Source of the DNA: a virus
Direction: 5' to 3' (one strand)
DNA: 64,000 nt
IMG/VR virus record: IMGVR_UViG_3300006141_000001
Positions 45,201 through 54,878 of the stretch are shown here, piece after piece. Position 1 is the first letter of the stretch. The number at the start of each line of letters is the position of its first letter. The translations under genes and the position numbers were made by a program. The notes below the pieces were generated by a model. The model was given only the letters and a program-made list of their open reading frames with translations. It was not told where the DNA came from and did no database searches.

Positions 45201-46220
45201 TTAATCTTCCTCATATGGGCATTCTGGCAATGCTCCGCTCAATATTGCATTTCCACAAGTGATGCGCCCCAAGTCCTCATACTCGCTTGCGATAAACACA
45301 AGCACATCAAATCCGGCTTTCTTCAAATCCTCTTCAATGTGTCGGTATGGATACATGGTTGTATAATCTCCGCTTGTTTCAATACCGTTTTTAAGGGCGG
45401 TATGTGTTTTGTGCATAGGTGTCAACTTGACAAGGAATTTTTCGGGATTGAATAAATCTCTCATCTTCTCTGCATTGACCTCATAATCAGCAACCGCAAA
45501 ATTCAATGTAATTTTTCTTCCCTTTGGCATTTCAAGGCTTCTTCCAATATTTGAAATTTCCTGCAATGTCAGAGAATTTCCGCTAAACATATCCTCTCTT
45601 TCGCTGTCAGAAGTGGAATTGATGGAGAATTGCAATCCGGCATCCCCCGAAAAATCTTTGTTCTTAATCTCCATCCACACTTCAAGATAATCAGCTAATT
45701 TTGTGTTGTTCTTCGGTAACATGGTGGAAACAACGGGATGAATAAGGCTGTCACCGATATATGGTTTTAATTCTTCTCTCATATTCTTTGTAAACTCCAA
45801 AACCGCCCAATTCCATGTAGGCTCTCCCATTCTCGCATAATGCACATTCAAGCGGTTTGTATGAGTGATTTCTGGGTGCAATGATAAGCCGGTTACAATC
45901 TGACTTTTCAAATCATCGTATGTAGCGTTTATGCCTTTTCCGACTTTCGGCACATCACAGAATTTGCAGTTCATGGAGCAACCGTACTGTGTGCTGATTG
46001 TGATTACCCACTTTTCGGAAAGCGGTAACATTTGCTGATGTTCTACATGGTCTATCTCCCTTGTCAAGCCCATGAAATCAGCCTTTAAGTTCGCTTCTTT
46101 CCCATAGTCTCCGATTGACAGACATTCAAGTTTTCCCTTGTCACCCTCAACAATCATAATGTTTCCAGTTGGTACTTTTATATTTCTTAAAATTTTTATT
46201 TCCAAATCCTCCAATCTCAT
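45201..46220 (-). CDS. radical SAM enzyme of the RlmN/Cfr-like family (RNA C-methylating type)
   Basis: ISTQYGCSMNCKFCDV (CxxxCxxC; compare RlmN SSQVGCALECKFCST), ARMGEP (MGMGEP) and C-terminal RITCGNAIL (compare DIDAACGQL). Confidence 0.6.
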   Translation of the reverse strand: MRLEDLEIKILRNIKVPTGNIMIVEGDKGKLECLSIGDYGKEANLKADFMGLTREIDHVEHQQMLPLSEKWVITISTQYGCSMNCKFCDVPKVGKGINATYDDLKSQIVTGLSLHPEITHTNRLNVHYARMGEPTWNWAVLEFTKNMREELKPYIGDSLIHPVVSTMLPKNNTKLADYLEVWMEIKNKDFSGDAGLQFSINSTSDSEREDMFSGNSLTLQEISNIGRSLEMPKGRKITLNFAVADYEVNAEKMRDLFNPEKFLVKLTPMHKTHTALKNGIETSGDYTTMYPYRHIEEDLKKAGFDVLVFIASEYEDLGRITCGNAILSGALPECPYEED

Positions 46221-46273
46221 ATTATTTGCGGACTTCCCATGATAGAAAGTCCGCTGTGTGTCTAAAATGCCAT

Positions 46274-46660
46274 TTACCCTAACTCATCCAACATCTTTTC
46301 AAGTTCCTTAATGGACTTGCCCTGCAATGCCTCATCCCGCTTGCTCGCCAGAATAGACATGATTTTCTGTTTCTGTACTTTACGTTCCTTCGCCATTTCA
46401 GAAGCTTTCTTTTCTTCCAATTTCACAGATACAATATATTTGATAATCTCAATTTGTGCCGTCAGTTCTTCATCTTCGCTGGTCTTAACTTCTAACAGGC
46501 TTTCTTCCTGCACCTGTTTTGCCTTTGCATTCAGCAACTTGTAGATTTTGTCAAGTTCCGTTACGGGTAAATCCCATAAATCCTCAACCGTTACCTGTCC
46601 CCTGTACGGAAATCTCATTTTCTCCCTGCTCGCTTTGATAAACATTTCTTCTCTGCTCAT
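46274..46660 (-). CDS. hypothetical coiled-coil protein
   Basis: ORF track. Confidence 0.4.
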   Translation of the reverse strand: MSREEMFIKASREKMRFPYRGQVTVEDLWDLPVTELDKIYKLLNAKAKQVQEESLLEVKTSEDEELTAQIEIIKYIVSVKLEEKKASEMAKERKVQKQKIMSILASKRDEALQGKSIKELEKMLDELG

Positions 46661-46665
46661 AATTT

Positions 46666-47292
46666 TTATTCCTCGCTTTCTTTTTCAAATTCCAATGCTT
46701 TCTGCTGTAAATTCTCAAGCAGTTTTGGTATGTTCATACGCTTAATGGTGTCAACCGCCAGCTGGTCTTTAAGGTTCTGCTCAAGCGTTTTAATCACGGT
46801 ATCTTCCGCTTCTTTCTGCGCTTTCCGAACCATTTCGCTAACCTGTGCTGATAAAGTTCCATTCAGATATTGCTTTATCTGTCCCTCTGCAATCGAATAT
46901 ACAGCATCAGAACTATACCTTGCCCTTTTAAAATCTCTGTCATAAATCTTCTCTGTCAGATATTCCTCGTACTGTTTCCCGACAAACTCACTGATAGGAA
47001 TAAAATCAACCTCGTCACTCCATGTAGATTTCTTCTTTGGAATCTTGATTTTCTCAATCTGTTTTTCAGTGACAACGGCAATAAAATCCTGAACCCTCTG
47101 TTCGATAATGTCCGTTGCTTCTTCCAGCTTTTCGGCAATAGCAGAATCCAGTTTTTTTAATGTTCCGTCTGTTGCTCTTTTTAGCAGTTCGTCTTTAACT
47201 CCGCTTATTACCTGCTCTCTGATTTCATCATCAATCGAATATTCTTCATCATTGAGCCAGTCCAATTCTACCTCTATATTAAATTTTGCCAT
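46666..47292 (-). CDS. hypothetical coiled-coil protein
   Basis: ORF track. Confidence 0.45.
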   Translation of the reverse strand: MAKFNIEVELDWLNDEEYSIDDEIREQVISGVKDELLKRATDGTLKKLDSAIAEKLEEATDIIEQRVQDFIAVVTEKQIEKIKIPKKKSTWSDEVDFIPISEFVGKQYEEYLTEKIYDRDFKRARYSSDAVYSIAEGQIKQYLNGTLSAQVSEMVRKAQKEAEDTVIKTLEQNLKDQLAVDTIKRMNIPKLLENLQQKALEFEKESEE

Positions 47293-47306
47293 TCTGCACC
47301 ACCTCT

Positions 47307-49385
47307 TTAAAATTTAATTTTAATAATCCTTTCGCTTGCGCCTTTAACTTTTACAAAGATATTATTTCTTTTCGTCATACTGAAACCAACCCCAGAAAGT
47401 TGTTCCTCTGAATCTTCAACATGACACTTAGATCCAAGACCCTCGAAAACCTTTTTATGTTCCAACAACTCATTTTTTAGATATTCGTTATAAAACGAAT
47501 TGGGCTGTTCTGGGTTTTTGCATCCGTTCAAAAAGAAAAATATATGTCTGTGTCCTATGCCCTCTTGTTCATCAAAATAATTTGGGCTATAACTAATAAC
47601 CGATACTGGCACAAACTGATTCGTCTTTACGCCCCAAACCTCGCGAACAGACATATTTGACGGTAACAGTTCTTTGATTGAGAAATTCTCTCCATCAAAT
47701 GTCACTTCTGCAACAGGTACATTCTCATTCTGCCGCAATTCTTTCTGGTAGTCAAAACGATAAATACTCCCATCAAACTCAATTTCTGCACGGAAACCAT
47801 TTTTACCACCACGATTAGTGAACTGATGGACAAAGAAAAGATACTTCCCTTTTTGCATTGTGTTTTTAGTTGCCCATGTGATATTTTCGACTGCTGGAAT
47901 ATTTCTGTCTGGATTAATTATGTCAATATCAAGTTCGCCCCCTGTACGACTTCTCTTATGATTGTACATGATTTCCTCTCCGCTTGGCTCTTTGCAGTGT
48001 GCATCAAGATCATTCTTATCCCAATCCCCCATATCATTCCACTGGATAGAGAACCGCAAAACACCATCTACTTTACCGCCTGCCGACTTTACATTCTTTC
48101 GAATATCGCTATCCGTAATATTGCCTGAATATGCCCATGAAAACCCGTTGTTCCATTTGAACATTGTCGGTGCGTCCATATTTTTCGGGGCAATCAGTGA
48201 TACCATATTTGAAGAATGCCTGTTCTCAAGGAAAACCTCAATCTCCTTTGCCGTAGGAAGTACATTCTTCACAAAATCTTCTGCCGATACTTCCTCAACC
48301 TTTGAGAATTTCTTCGGGTTGACTGCAATATCCTTTTCCATGCTTGCGAATACATCATCTGCATCTGATATGCGCCGCTGTGCATCCTTATTTGAAAAAA
48401 GAATATTGTTGATAGAAATATCATCAAGCGTGGCAAATCTACGCCCTAATGACGACATATAACCCAATTCTTCAATCTTTTTCTTTGCATCCTCCAACAT
48501 CTTTTTTGTAAAAATTGCTTTTGGACGCTTATAGTTTGCAGGAGCCACAATCTGTTCATATTTCTTAACTGCCAAATCCAACTCCATGCCATCACTGATA
48601 TTAACAAGCAAAGTTCCGATGCTATGGTTCCTTATCCTGCCGATAACAACCCCTGCTGCAATTGATTTTTCCCATGCAAAATTTTCTTTTTCTTTTGTTT
48701 CTACTAATTTATCATAGGCTTTCTTATATTTCAAAAACTCTGTTAAAACTGCCTTCCATTCCTCACCCTTATAAAGAGAATTCTGTGAAATCAGTTCTAG
48801 GATAGTCATAATGCTTTCTTCCGTGATTTCATCTAGTGACCGTTTAAATACGTTCCTTGTGTCACGAAATGTCCCTTTAATGTCTCCTGCAGAACGTCTC
48901 TTATCAAAAACAAATTTACTAGGTAATTCCAAATAAAAATGCTCGTAGGTATTGACTTGTCCATTTTCGAGATATTCATAATTCTCTTCTGTACCAATTT
49001 TTCTCTCGTGGCTTACATATACATCTGTTACCATATGATTCTTTACATAGGCTGATAATGCATCTACTACTGGCTGGAATACATCATCTCCCAACTGTAA
49101 ATCCCAAATGGTATATACCACACTATCTTTAATCACAACAGCATTGCCGATAGTTTTAATGAAATGTCTACAACAGTTACAATCATATTCCCTGCGCTCT
49201 CTATAAATTTCATTTGTTCCTGCTGGGAAACTTTCAAGGTACAGATTCCATAATTCATCCTTGTCTACATTAACTTCAAACAAATGTGTTACACTCTTTG
49301 TCATTTCATTGAAATGTTCAATTAACCTGTCCCTCATCTCTGTAAAATTCATAACATAACCTCCTTTTATATGTTGTAAAATCAT
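47307..49385 (-). CDS. large hypothetical protein (692 aa)
   Basis: ORF track; no recognised motif. Confidence 0.5.
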   Translation of the reverse strand: MILQHIKGGYVMNFTEMRDRLIEHFNEMTKSVTHLFEVNVDKDELWNLYLESFPAGTNEIYRERREYDCNCCRHFIKTIGNAVVIKDSVVYTIWDLQLGDDVFQPVVDALSAYVKNHMVTDVYVSHERKIGTEENYEYLENGQVNTYEHFYLELPSKFVFDKRRSAGDIKGTFRDTRNVFKRSLDEITEESIMTILELISQNSLYKGEEWKAVLTEFLKYKKAYDKLVETKEKENFAWEKSIAAGVVIGRIRNHSIGTLLVNISDGMELDLAVKKYEQIVAPANYKRPKAIFTKKMLEDAKKKIEELGYMSSLGRRFATLDDISINNILFSNKDAQRRISDADDVFASMEKDIAVNPKKFSKVEEVSAEDFVKNVLPTAKEIEVFLENRHSSNMVSLIAPKNMDAPTMFKWNNGFSWAYSGNITDSDIRKNVKSAGGKVDGVLRFSIQWNDMGDWDKNDLDAHCKEPSGEEIMYNHKRSRTGGELDIDIINPDRNIPAVENITWATKNTMQKGKYLFFVHQFTNRGGKNGFRAEIEFDGSIYRFDYQKELRQNENVPVAEVTFDGENFSIKELLPSNMSVREVWGVKTNQFVPVSVISYSPNYFDEQEGIGHRHIFFFLNGCKNPEQPNSFYNEYLKNELLEHKKVFEGLGSKCHVEDSEEQLSGVGFSMTKRNNIFVKVKGASERIIKIKF

Positions 49386-49416
49386 TCTATAATACCATTA
49401 TCGAGACTCCATACAC

Positions 49417-50268
49417 TTATTCTTCCAAAGCTTTTATAAGCTGCTCAATATATTCCCTCCCTTCTCCCTTAAAGACAGGAATGTCTTTATCAATAATCCA
49501 AGAACTGATGTTTTGACCCAAATTACGCAACATACATCTCTCTGTCACACTAACCTTCTCTAACATAATTTCATTTTTAACTACACACGTGCCTCTTTTT
49601 TGGTATGTAGGAAAATCATTCCAATTTATTCCTTTTTGGATCATTAACATGTCCTGGATATCATTATTGGTTTTATTCTGTAATTCTTTATGGCTAAAAT
49701 TAGCACGTCCCACCATTTGGACGCTATTTCTGGACGCATCTAACTGCCTCCAATATATATAATTTGTAACTTCCTCTTTGGGAATATTGAATACTCTAGC
49801 ATCAAACATTGCCCCCTTATCCTTTGCTTCATAATATTTTTTTACTAAATACCTATATTCGTGTTCTTCGATATTTTTTGGTTCGAAATTATCAAACTCA
49901 AAAACGTTTTGTTCGAAAATGCGATTAAAAGCTAAAGTCGCCATACTTGCAATAATACTACACATTTTTTGAACTTCATAATCAAACCATGAAGAAGAAT
50001 TAAGCCTTTTATAATCTACCAATACTAAAGAAATCTCATCTGACTGAGTATACCCAAGAACACATCCCTGGACATTCTCGCAAAGATATCTTGTAGTTTT
50101 CTGTATTGTATCAATCAGGACATCATCAAACGGCCTTCTAAAATTTCTGGCAAACGTATGGAACGCCCTCCCATCAACCCTGCATATGACTGGACAACGC
50201 CTCATAAGTTTTGTTTTTGGAATCCGCTCATAAAAAGTTTTCATCCTATCGCCAAGATTATCTCTCAT
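49417..50268 (-). CDS. Thg1-like protein (tRNA 3'-5' nucleotidyltransferase, TLP)
   Basis: N-terminal GDRMKTFYER...VICRVDGRAFHTF matches the Thg1-family signature (KFEYV...RVDGxxFHxF). Length is Thg1-like. Confidence 0.65.
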   Translation of the reverse strand: MRDNLGDRMKTFYERIPKTKLMRRCPVICRVDGRAFHTFARNFRRPFDDVLIDTIQKTTRYLCENVQGCVLGYTQSDEISLVLVDYKRLNSSSWFDYEVQKMCSIIASMATLAFNRIFEQNVFEFDNFEPKNIEEHEYRYLVKKYYEAKDKGAMFDARVFNIPKEEVTNYIYWRQLDASRNSVQMVGRANFSHKELQNKTNNDIQDMLMIQKGINWNDFPTYQKRGTCVVKNEIMLEKVSVTERCMLRNLGQNISSWIIDKDIPVFKGEGREYIEQLIKALEE

Positions 50269-50361
50269 TTTTTCTCCTTTATTTAATTGAATTTATTGGA
50301 ACCTATTTGGGATATAACGGGAATTGCTATTCCTAATTCTTGTTCATCTTCATTATTTAAT

Positions 50362-50612
50362 CAGAAGGAAGGAATAGCATAACCGTCATTTAAAACTTTA
50401 TTGGAAAGAATAATCCTTATAATATTTTTATGCGTTCTATAATTTAGAAGGAAAGGATTATATAGCCAAAAGATATGCCAAGCAGAAATTATGCCGGCTA
50501 TTTCAACCAAAATTTTAGAAGGAAGCCTACATATAGCTGCTTATATTTAATAGGAAACTGCAAATTCTGATACTGTAATTTTTTGAAAACAGAAGGAAGA
50601 ATTTGCATAGCC
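50362..50612. repeat. cluster of four imperfect direct repeats AGAAGGAAG-N9-10-ATAGCC
   Basis: Copies at about 50362, 50444, 50516 and 50590, in the 354-nt intergenic gap downstream of the 705-aa gene. Confidence 0.7.
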
Positions 50613-50622
50613 TGTTAATTCA

Positions 50623-52740
50623 TTACAAATATTCGCCTACAAAAACATCTATATCAAATGGGGTGACGCCAGAATCAATATCAAATATGATATCTGCATC
50701 TTCTTTATTCTCCACCTTTAAACCCCTTGCTCTTATGTGAAGGTCAATCAAATCATACAAATTGGGCTTGCTAATATTAACCATGCTATAACAAGTCGCT
50801 GCCACTCCAGACAGGTTGCTCTCAACATTATTTCCACCGTAATTTCCATGACATCCATCTATCGTTAAATTCATATCACACCAAATCATTTCCCTGTTTA
50901 CACAGTCAAATATCACAGGAATACAAACCATGCTTTGAGATGCTAAATCCATTCTTTGTTCCACTGTTTTTGGTTCATATATCTCCCCTGAATTGACATC
51001 TTCTCTTCCCATCCATCCAAACATTGCATGTGGCAAATCGGAAAATTTCTGACCGGTGTAGCTATACACCTGATACACCACATACCTTGCTCCATATCTG
51101 ATGACAGACTCTATATCCACATCCAAAAATTCTGTTACGCCCTCGCCGTTTACAGAGCCGCCATTAACAATATCCCCCGAATGGCACGAATTGTATTTTT
51201 CAGAATGCAAATTGGTGTACGATATATGTTCCATATAATTCCATTTTTCGTCAAATATCGCTGCCGACAAATCCAAATCTACTATATTCTCCCAATGATA
51301 GTCTCCTTCTTCCATATTTGTCCACCAAACAAATCCCCTTAATGCTTTTATGTTCTTATCTATTGGAAGCCTAGAACCTCTTGTGATGGCCTTCAATGCC
51401 TTACTTGCACTTCTTTGGCTAAATGGGACAACATACCTTTTGAATTCTTCTGATAAATACACATTCCCAAGAAAATCTTTATTCTTATAATTTTCAATTA
51501 ATGCATTTTCACAGATTTTCACAATAGCATTACAGTATTTCTCATCAATATCTGGCAAAGTATTATCAATGCAATGGCATCTTGCCAGGCTTCCTTTTGG
51601 GAAAAATACTCTTGATTCCAGTTTTCCATTCCTATGGATAAAATGTTCCCTAACCTGTAATAAAACAGGGGTTGAAACACTAACTGCCACATTTTTAAAT
51701 GTATTAACTATAGAATCTTTGTCATTTGAACTTCTTAGAAGATGATCCAGCTTTCGGGCAAGCTCACCAGGTCTCTTTCCGAGAAGAGTAAGTGCCTCTT
51801 TGTAATGTTCTGTTTCCATCGCTTTCGTAACTTTCCCAGAAAACGTCTCTATTTTTATCCCATTGCGGAGTTTATTAAATGCAGTGATTACTTTTCCAAA
51901 CTGTGCTTCACTATATTCAGATGGATGAATCCTTTCACCAATACGGATCCATTTATTTTTATATCTGAACATATCCTCTTCAATCTGCCCACAGCCTTGC
52001 AAAAGTTCTAGGAGCATCCTTCTCTCTTTTCTTTTAAAACTCCTAAATTTTGTATTGGCAGCTAAACTAATATCACCATCAGACATTGCTGTAATTAACC
52101 TCAGTACATCCGTTGCTGTCTTAAAATATTTCTGGATTTCTTTTGCTGTCGCCAAAGGGCTACTCTCTAAATATAACTTCCCAATAAGTGCCGCATTTTC
52201 TTTTAATGGGATGTCATCTGGGAATTTAACACACATGTTTTTAAAAATCCATTCCAAATCTTCTTTGTCTGTCTGGGAAATGGAAGTTTTCGACTGGCAC
52301 AAATGATAAAAAATTTCATGCAAATCTTCTATGGAACCAATGTTAATGACCTTTATTTTTGTTTCGTCAAATAAGGGAAGCCGTTCTTTTTTCTCTTCTT
52401 TTGGATACCATGTGCCAAATGACCAATAATGAAGGATGGCATTTACAAACAATTCCATTTCATCAGCTTCCATCACCGATTCTGGAAAATTGGGATACAT
52501 CGGTTTATATACCACATCTGCTCCTACCATATTCTTCAAAATCGGCACTAATTCCAAGTAAAACTCCTGCAATTCTTCTTTATTCAGAGTCTTAAGAATT
52601 TCATATAATTCTTTCGAGAAAGTATACCCTAGTGACTCAATGTTCCTCATTATTGTGAGTGCATATTTGCTGTCGGTATTTTCCTCATTTCCTTTTTGGA
52701 CAATCACTTTATTTTTTCTTCGTAATAGAATCTCATTCAT
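50623..52740 (-). CDS. large hypothetical protein (705 aa)
   Basis: ORF track; no recognised motif. Confidence 0.5.
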   Translation of the reverse strand: MNEILLRRKNKVIVQKGNEENTDSKYALTIMRNIESLGYTFSKELYEILKTLNKEELQEFYLELVPILKNMVGADVVYKPMYPNFPESVMEADEMELFVNAILHYWSFGTWYPKEEKKERLPLFDETKIKVINIGSIEDLHEIFYHLCQSKTSISQTDKEDLEWIFKNMCVKFPDDIPLKENAALIGKLYLESSPLATAKEIQKYFKTATDVLRLITAMSDGDISLAANTKFRSFKRKERRMLLELLQGCGQIEEDMFRYKNKWIRIGERIHPSEYSEAQFGKVITAFNKLRNGIKIETFSGKVTKAMETEHYKEALTLLGKRPGELARKLDHLLRSSNDKDSIVNTFKNVAVSVSTPVLLQVREHFIHRNGKLESRVFFPKGSLARCHCIDNTLPDIDEKYCNAIVKICENALIENYKNKDFLGNVYLSEEFKRYVVPFSQRSASKALKAITRGSRLPIDKNIKALRGFVWWTNMEEGDYHWENIVDLDLSAAIFDEKWNYMEHISYTNLHSEKYNSCHSGDIVNGGSVNGEGVTEFLDVDIESVIRYGARYVVYQVYSYTGQKFSDLPHAMFGWMGREDVNSGEIYEPKTVEQRMDLASQSMVCIPVIFDCVNREMIWCDMNLTIDGCHGNYGGNNVESNLSGVAATCYSMVNISKPNLYDLIDLHIRARGLKVENKEDADIIFDIDSGVTPFDIDVFVGEYL

Positions 52741-52802
52741 GTTTATTCTCCTTTTTTAATGAAATTGGCGATAGTAAAACATATAATTTACAATATCTAA
52801 AA

Positions 52803-53135
52803 TAGAAGGAACTATCGCCATAGCATTGTTTTTGCGGTAATAATAAAACCTATAATTTTTTATTGGTCGCCATCTGAGCTATATCCCCAAGTTGGGAATA
52901 ATCGGACTCGAACCGATGACCCATAAACCCCTAGAATCAGAAGGAAGGTTCTATATAGCCGCAGGTTTCGTTTTTTGTAGGAGATTAAAAGTTCTAAATA
53001 TTAGTAAATTAAGTCTCTTTGTTTTGTAGAAGGAAGAACTTTTTAGCCTACATTTTATACTTAATTAGGAAATCCGCAAAACTAAAACCTTATTCATCAT
53101 TTATAGTAAAAAGAAGGAAGTCTTGCTATAGCCTA
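52803..53135. repeat. second cluster of four AGAAGGAAG-N9-10-ATAGCC-type repeats
   Basis: Copies at about 52803, 52937, 53028 and 53111, upstream of the 705-aa gene. Confidence 0.7.
52861..52935 (-). other. permuted or fragmentary tRNA-like element (3' half followed by 5' half)
   Basis: Minus strand: GGGTCATCGGTTCGAGTCCGATTATTCCCA (T-arm ATCGG/TTCGAGT/CCGAT plus an acceptor 3' strand), then ACTT, then GGGGATATAGCTCAGATGG (acceptor 5' strand plus the start of a D-arm). The acceptor strands can pair. Confidence 0.35.
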
Positions 53136-53177
53136 ATATTGTATACTAATTTTTATTACAAGGCATGTCTGGTACAT

Positions 53178-53624
53178 TTAATGATTAGGGACATGCCCCT
53201 TATCAGTAATCCAGTGTACAAGAACGGTAATCCTACCTTCTTGTTCCAACTGTTCAAATTCTACTACATCTTCTATATCCCAATTGACAGGATACACTCC
53301 GCAATATTCTACAATACAATCTAATGCATCTGTTTCAATCCAAATCTTATCCAAATTCCATGTACCACTGACCGTATCTACATAACGGTAATTTACATGA
53401 TTCTTACTGAGAATTTCTTTAATTCTTTCAATCCTATGGTCTTTACAGACATTTAATCTCCCTAAATTTTGTGGAATTGTAATATAAAATACACATTTTG
53501 TAATTTCTTGCTTTTTTCTTGCATCAATCCATTCTTGGATTGTTTCTGCTCTTTCCACTCTTTCTTTTAACTCCATATTATTCCTCTGAACCCCTTTTTC
53601 TATATTAGCTACTTCATCTTTCAC
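53178..53624 (-). CDS. hypothetical protein
   Basis: ORF track. Confidence 0.45.
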   Translation of the reverse strand: MKDEVANIEKGVQRNNMELKERVERAETIQEWIDARKKQEITKCVFYITIPQNLGRLNVCKDHRIERIKEILSKNHVNYRYVDTVSGTWNLDKIWIETDALDCIVEYCGVYPVNWDIEDVVEFEQLEQEGRITVLVHWITDKGHVPNH

Positions 53625-53887
53625 GTCTCCCTATTTAATGCTTCCATAACCTCATGGATATCCGTTACATATCCACTCCAAACGGTCTTATCAGCATTCT
53701 CTCCAGCATATATCTCCATCTTTCCGTCAAACCATCTTCCTACATCCATCCCATTGTATTTCTGCATTGATGGAAGTAAGAACTCCACATTATAATAATA
53801 AAAATTATCTGTGTCCATGATATCCCATTCTTGCCACTTGAAAATATCTACTCCACAAAATTGTTCTATATAAGTTTCACTGCTCAT
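53621..53887 (-). CDS. hypothetical protein
   Basis: ORF track. Confidence 0.4.
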   Translation of the reverse strand: MSSETYIEQFCGVDIFKWQEWDIMDTDNFYYYNVEFLLPSMQKYNGMDVGRWFDGKMEIYAGENADKTVWSGYVTDIHEVMEALNRET

Positions 53888-53916
53888 AATTTTTCTGTTC
53901 CTTCCTTTTATAAAAA

Positions 53917-54035
53917 TTATTTTTTTGTTTTACTTAGCCTAAAATGCCTAACTGAACTGAACTTAACATAACATAACCCAACTAAACGTAACATAACTCA
54001 ACTCAAAATGCCTAACTTAACTAAACACAACTGAA
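53917..54035. repeat. about 110-nt leader repeat, copy 1 (pentanucleotide-rich AACTn/TAACn)
   Basis: Shares the 52-nt core cttaacataacataacccaactaaacgtaacataactcaactcaaaatgccta with 55362..55475. Confidence 0.75.
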
Positions 54036-54088
54036 CTTAGCCCAGCAGAACACAACTCAACATAACTTAACTCATAATACCTAAACTA

Positions 54089-54307
54089 TTATTTTCTATA
54101 ACACACTGTAAAATATATTATTAAACTGTTTGTAATCCACGATATAAATATTCCTCCAAATACATCTTCATTTAATATCCCAATATTTTTAGATGCAGCA
54201 AACATAAAGATAAGATTTATAATAGAGTAAATAATCCAAGGACGAAGCACTAAATCAAAAACTTGCTGTTCCTCGCTATTTAATATACTTTTTAAAAATT
54301 TAAACAT
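54089..54307 (-). CDS. small membrane protein
   Basis: Hydrophobic helices. Confidence 0.4.
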   Translation of the reverse strand: MFKFLKSILNSEEQQVFDLVLRPWIIYSIINLIFMFAASKNIGILNEDVFGGIFISWITNSLIIYFTVCYRK

Positions 54308-54510
54308 ACGTCACCTCTTATTTTTCTGGTATTGGAATGCGTCTTTCAAAACTATTCTTCATCGTCATCAATAATTTCCTGATATAAACACCAGTCTGGA
54401 AAATTGCATTTTTTATCTCCATTCACTTCTACCTGTTCGCTACAGCAATTATATTTATATTTACAATCCTTTTCCGTATTACAATATTGCATTTTATCAC
54501 CTTGCTTTCT

Positions 54511-54789
54511 TTAACTTTCATCCATCCACTCACAAGACTCATCATAATCAAAATTTGATTGAATAAACTCTTTCTTTAATTTATCCCTCATTTGTGCCAT
54601 CATATCCAATTGCAAATAAGAAATTGTACTTCTAGTTTGTTCTAATGCAACATCATTTTCAGGTATGTAATAAACATAAACAACCGTATCCAAATACCCA
54701 TTAAACTTTGCCCACAATTCTATTTTACTTCCTGATTGTTGTGTTGATATATATTTATAACCTTTTCTAATCATTTCTTGTTTATTCAT
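54511..54789 (-). CDS. hypothetical protein
   Basis: ORF track. Confidence 0.4.
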   Translation of the reverse strand: MNKQEMIRKGYKYISTQQSGSKIELWAKFNGYLDTVVYVYYIPENDVALEQTRSTISYLQLDMMAQMRDKLKKEFIQSNFDYDESCEWMDES

Positions 54790-54878
54790 AATAAACTCCT
54801 TTCATTGAGATTTATGTATGCAAAAATGCCCTATTTTCTTGCATTTTATGCTTGCCAATTTCTGCTCAATATGTATTT

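Noticed and set aside
50355-50615. Possible CRISPR array suggested by the four evenly oriented repeats.
   Set aside because: The repeats share only a roughly 15-nt consensus with variable internal spacers (9-10 nt). The units are not identical, spacing is irregular (72-134 nt), and there are no cas genes. This fits regulatory motifs or iterons, not CRISPR.
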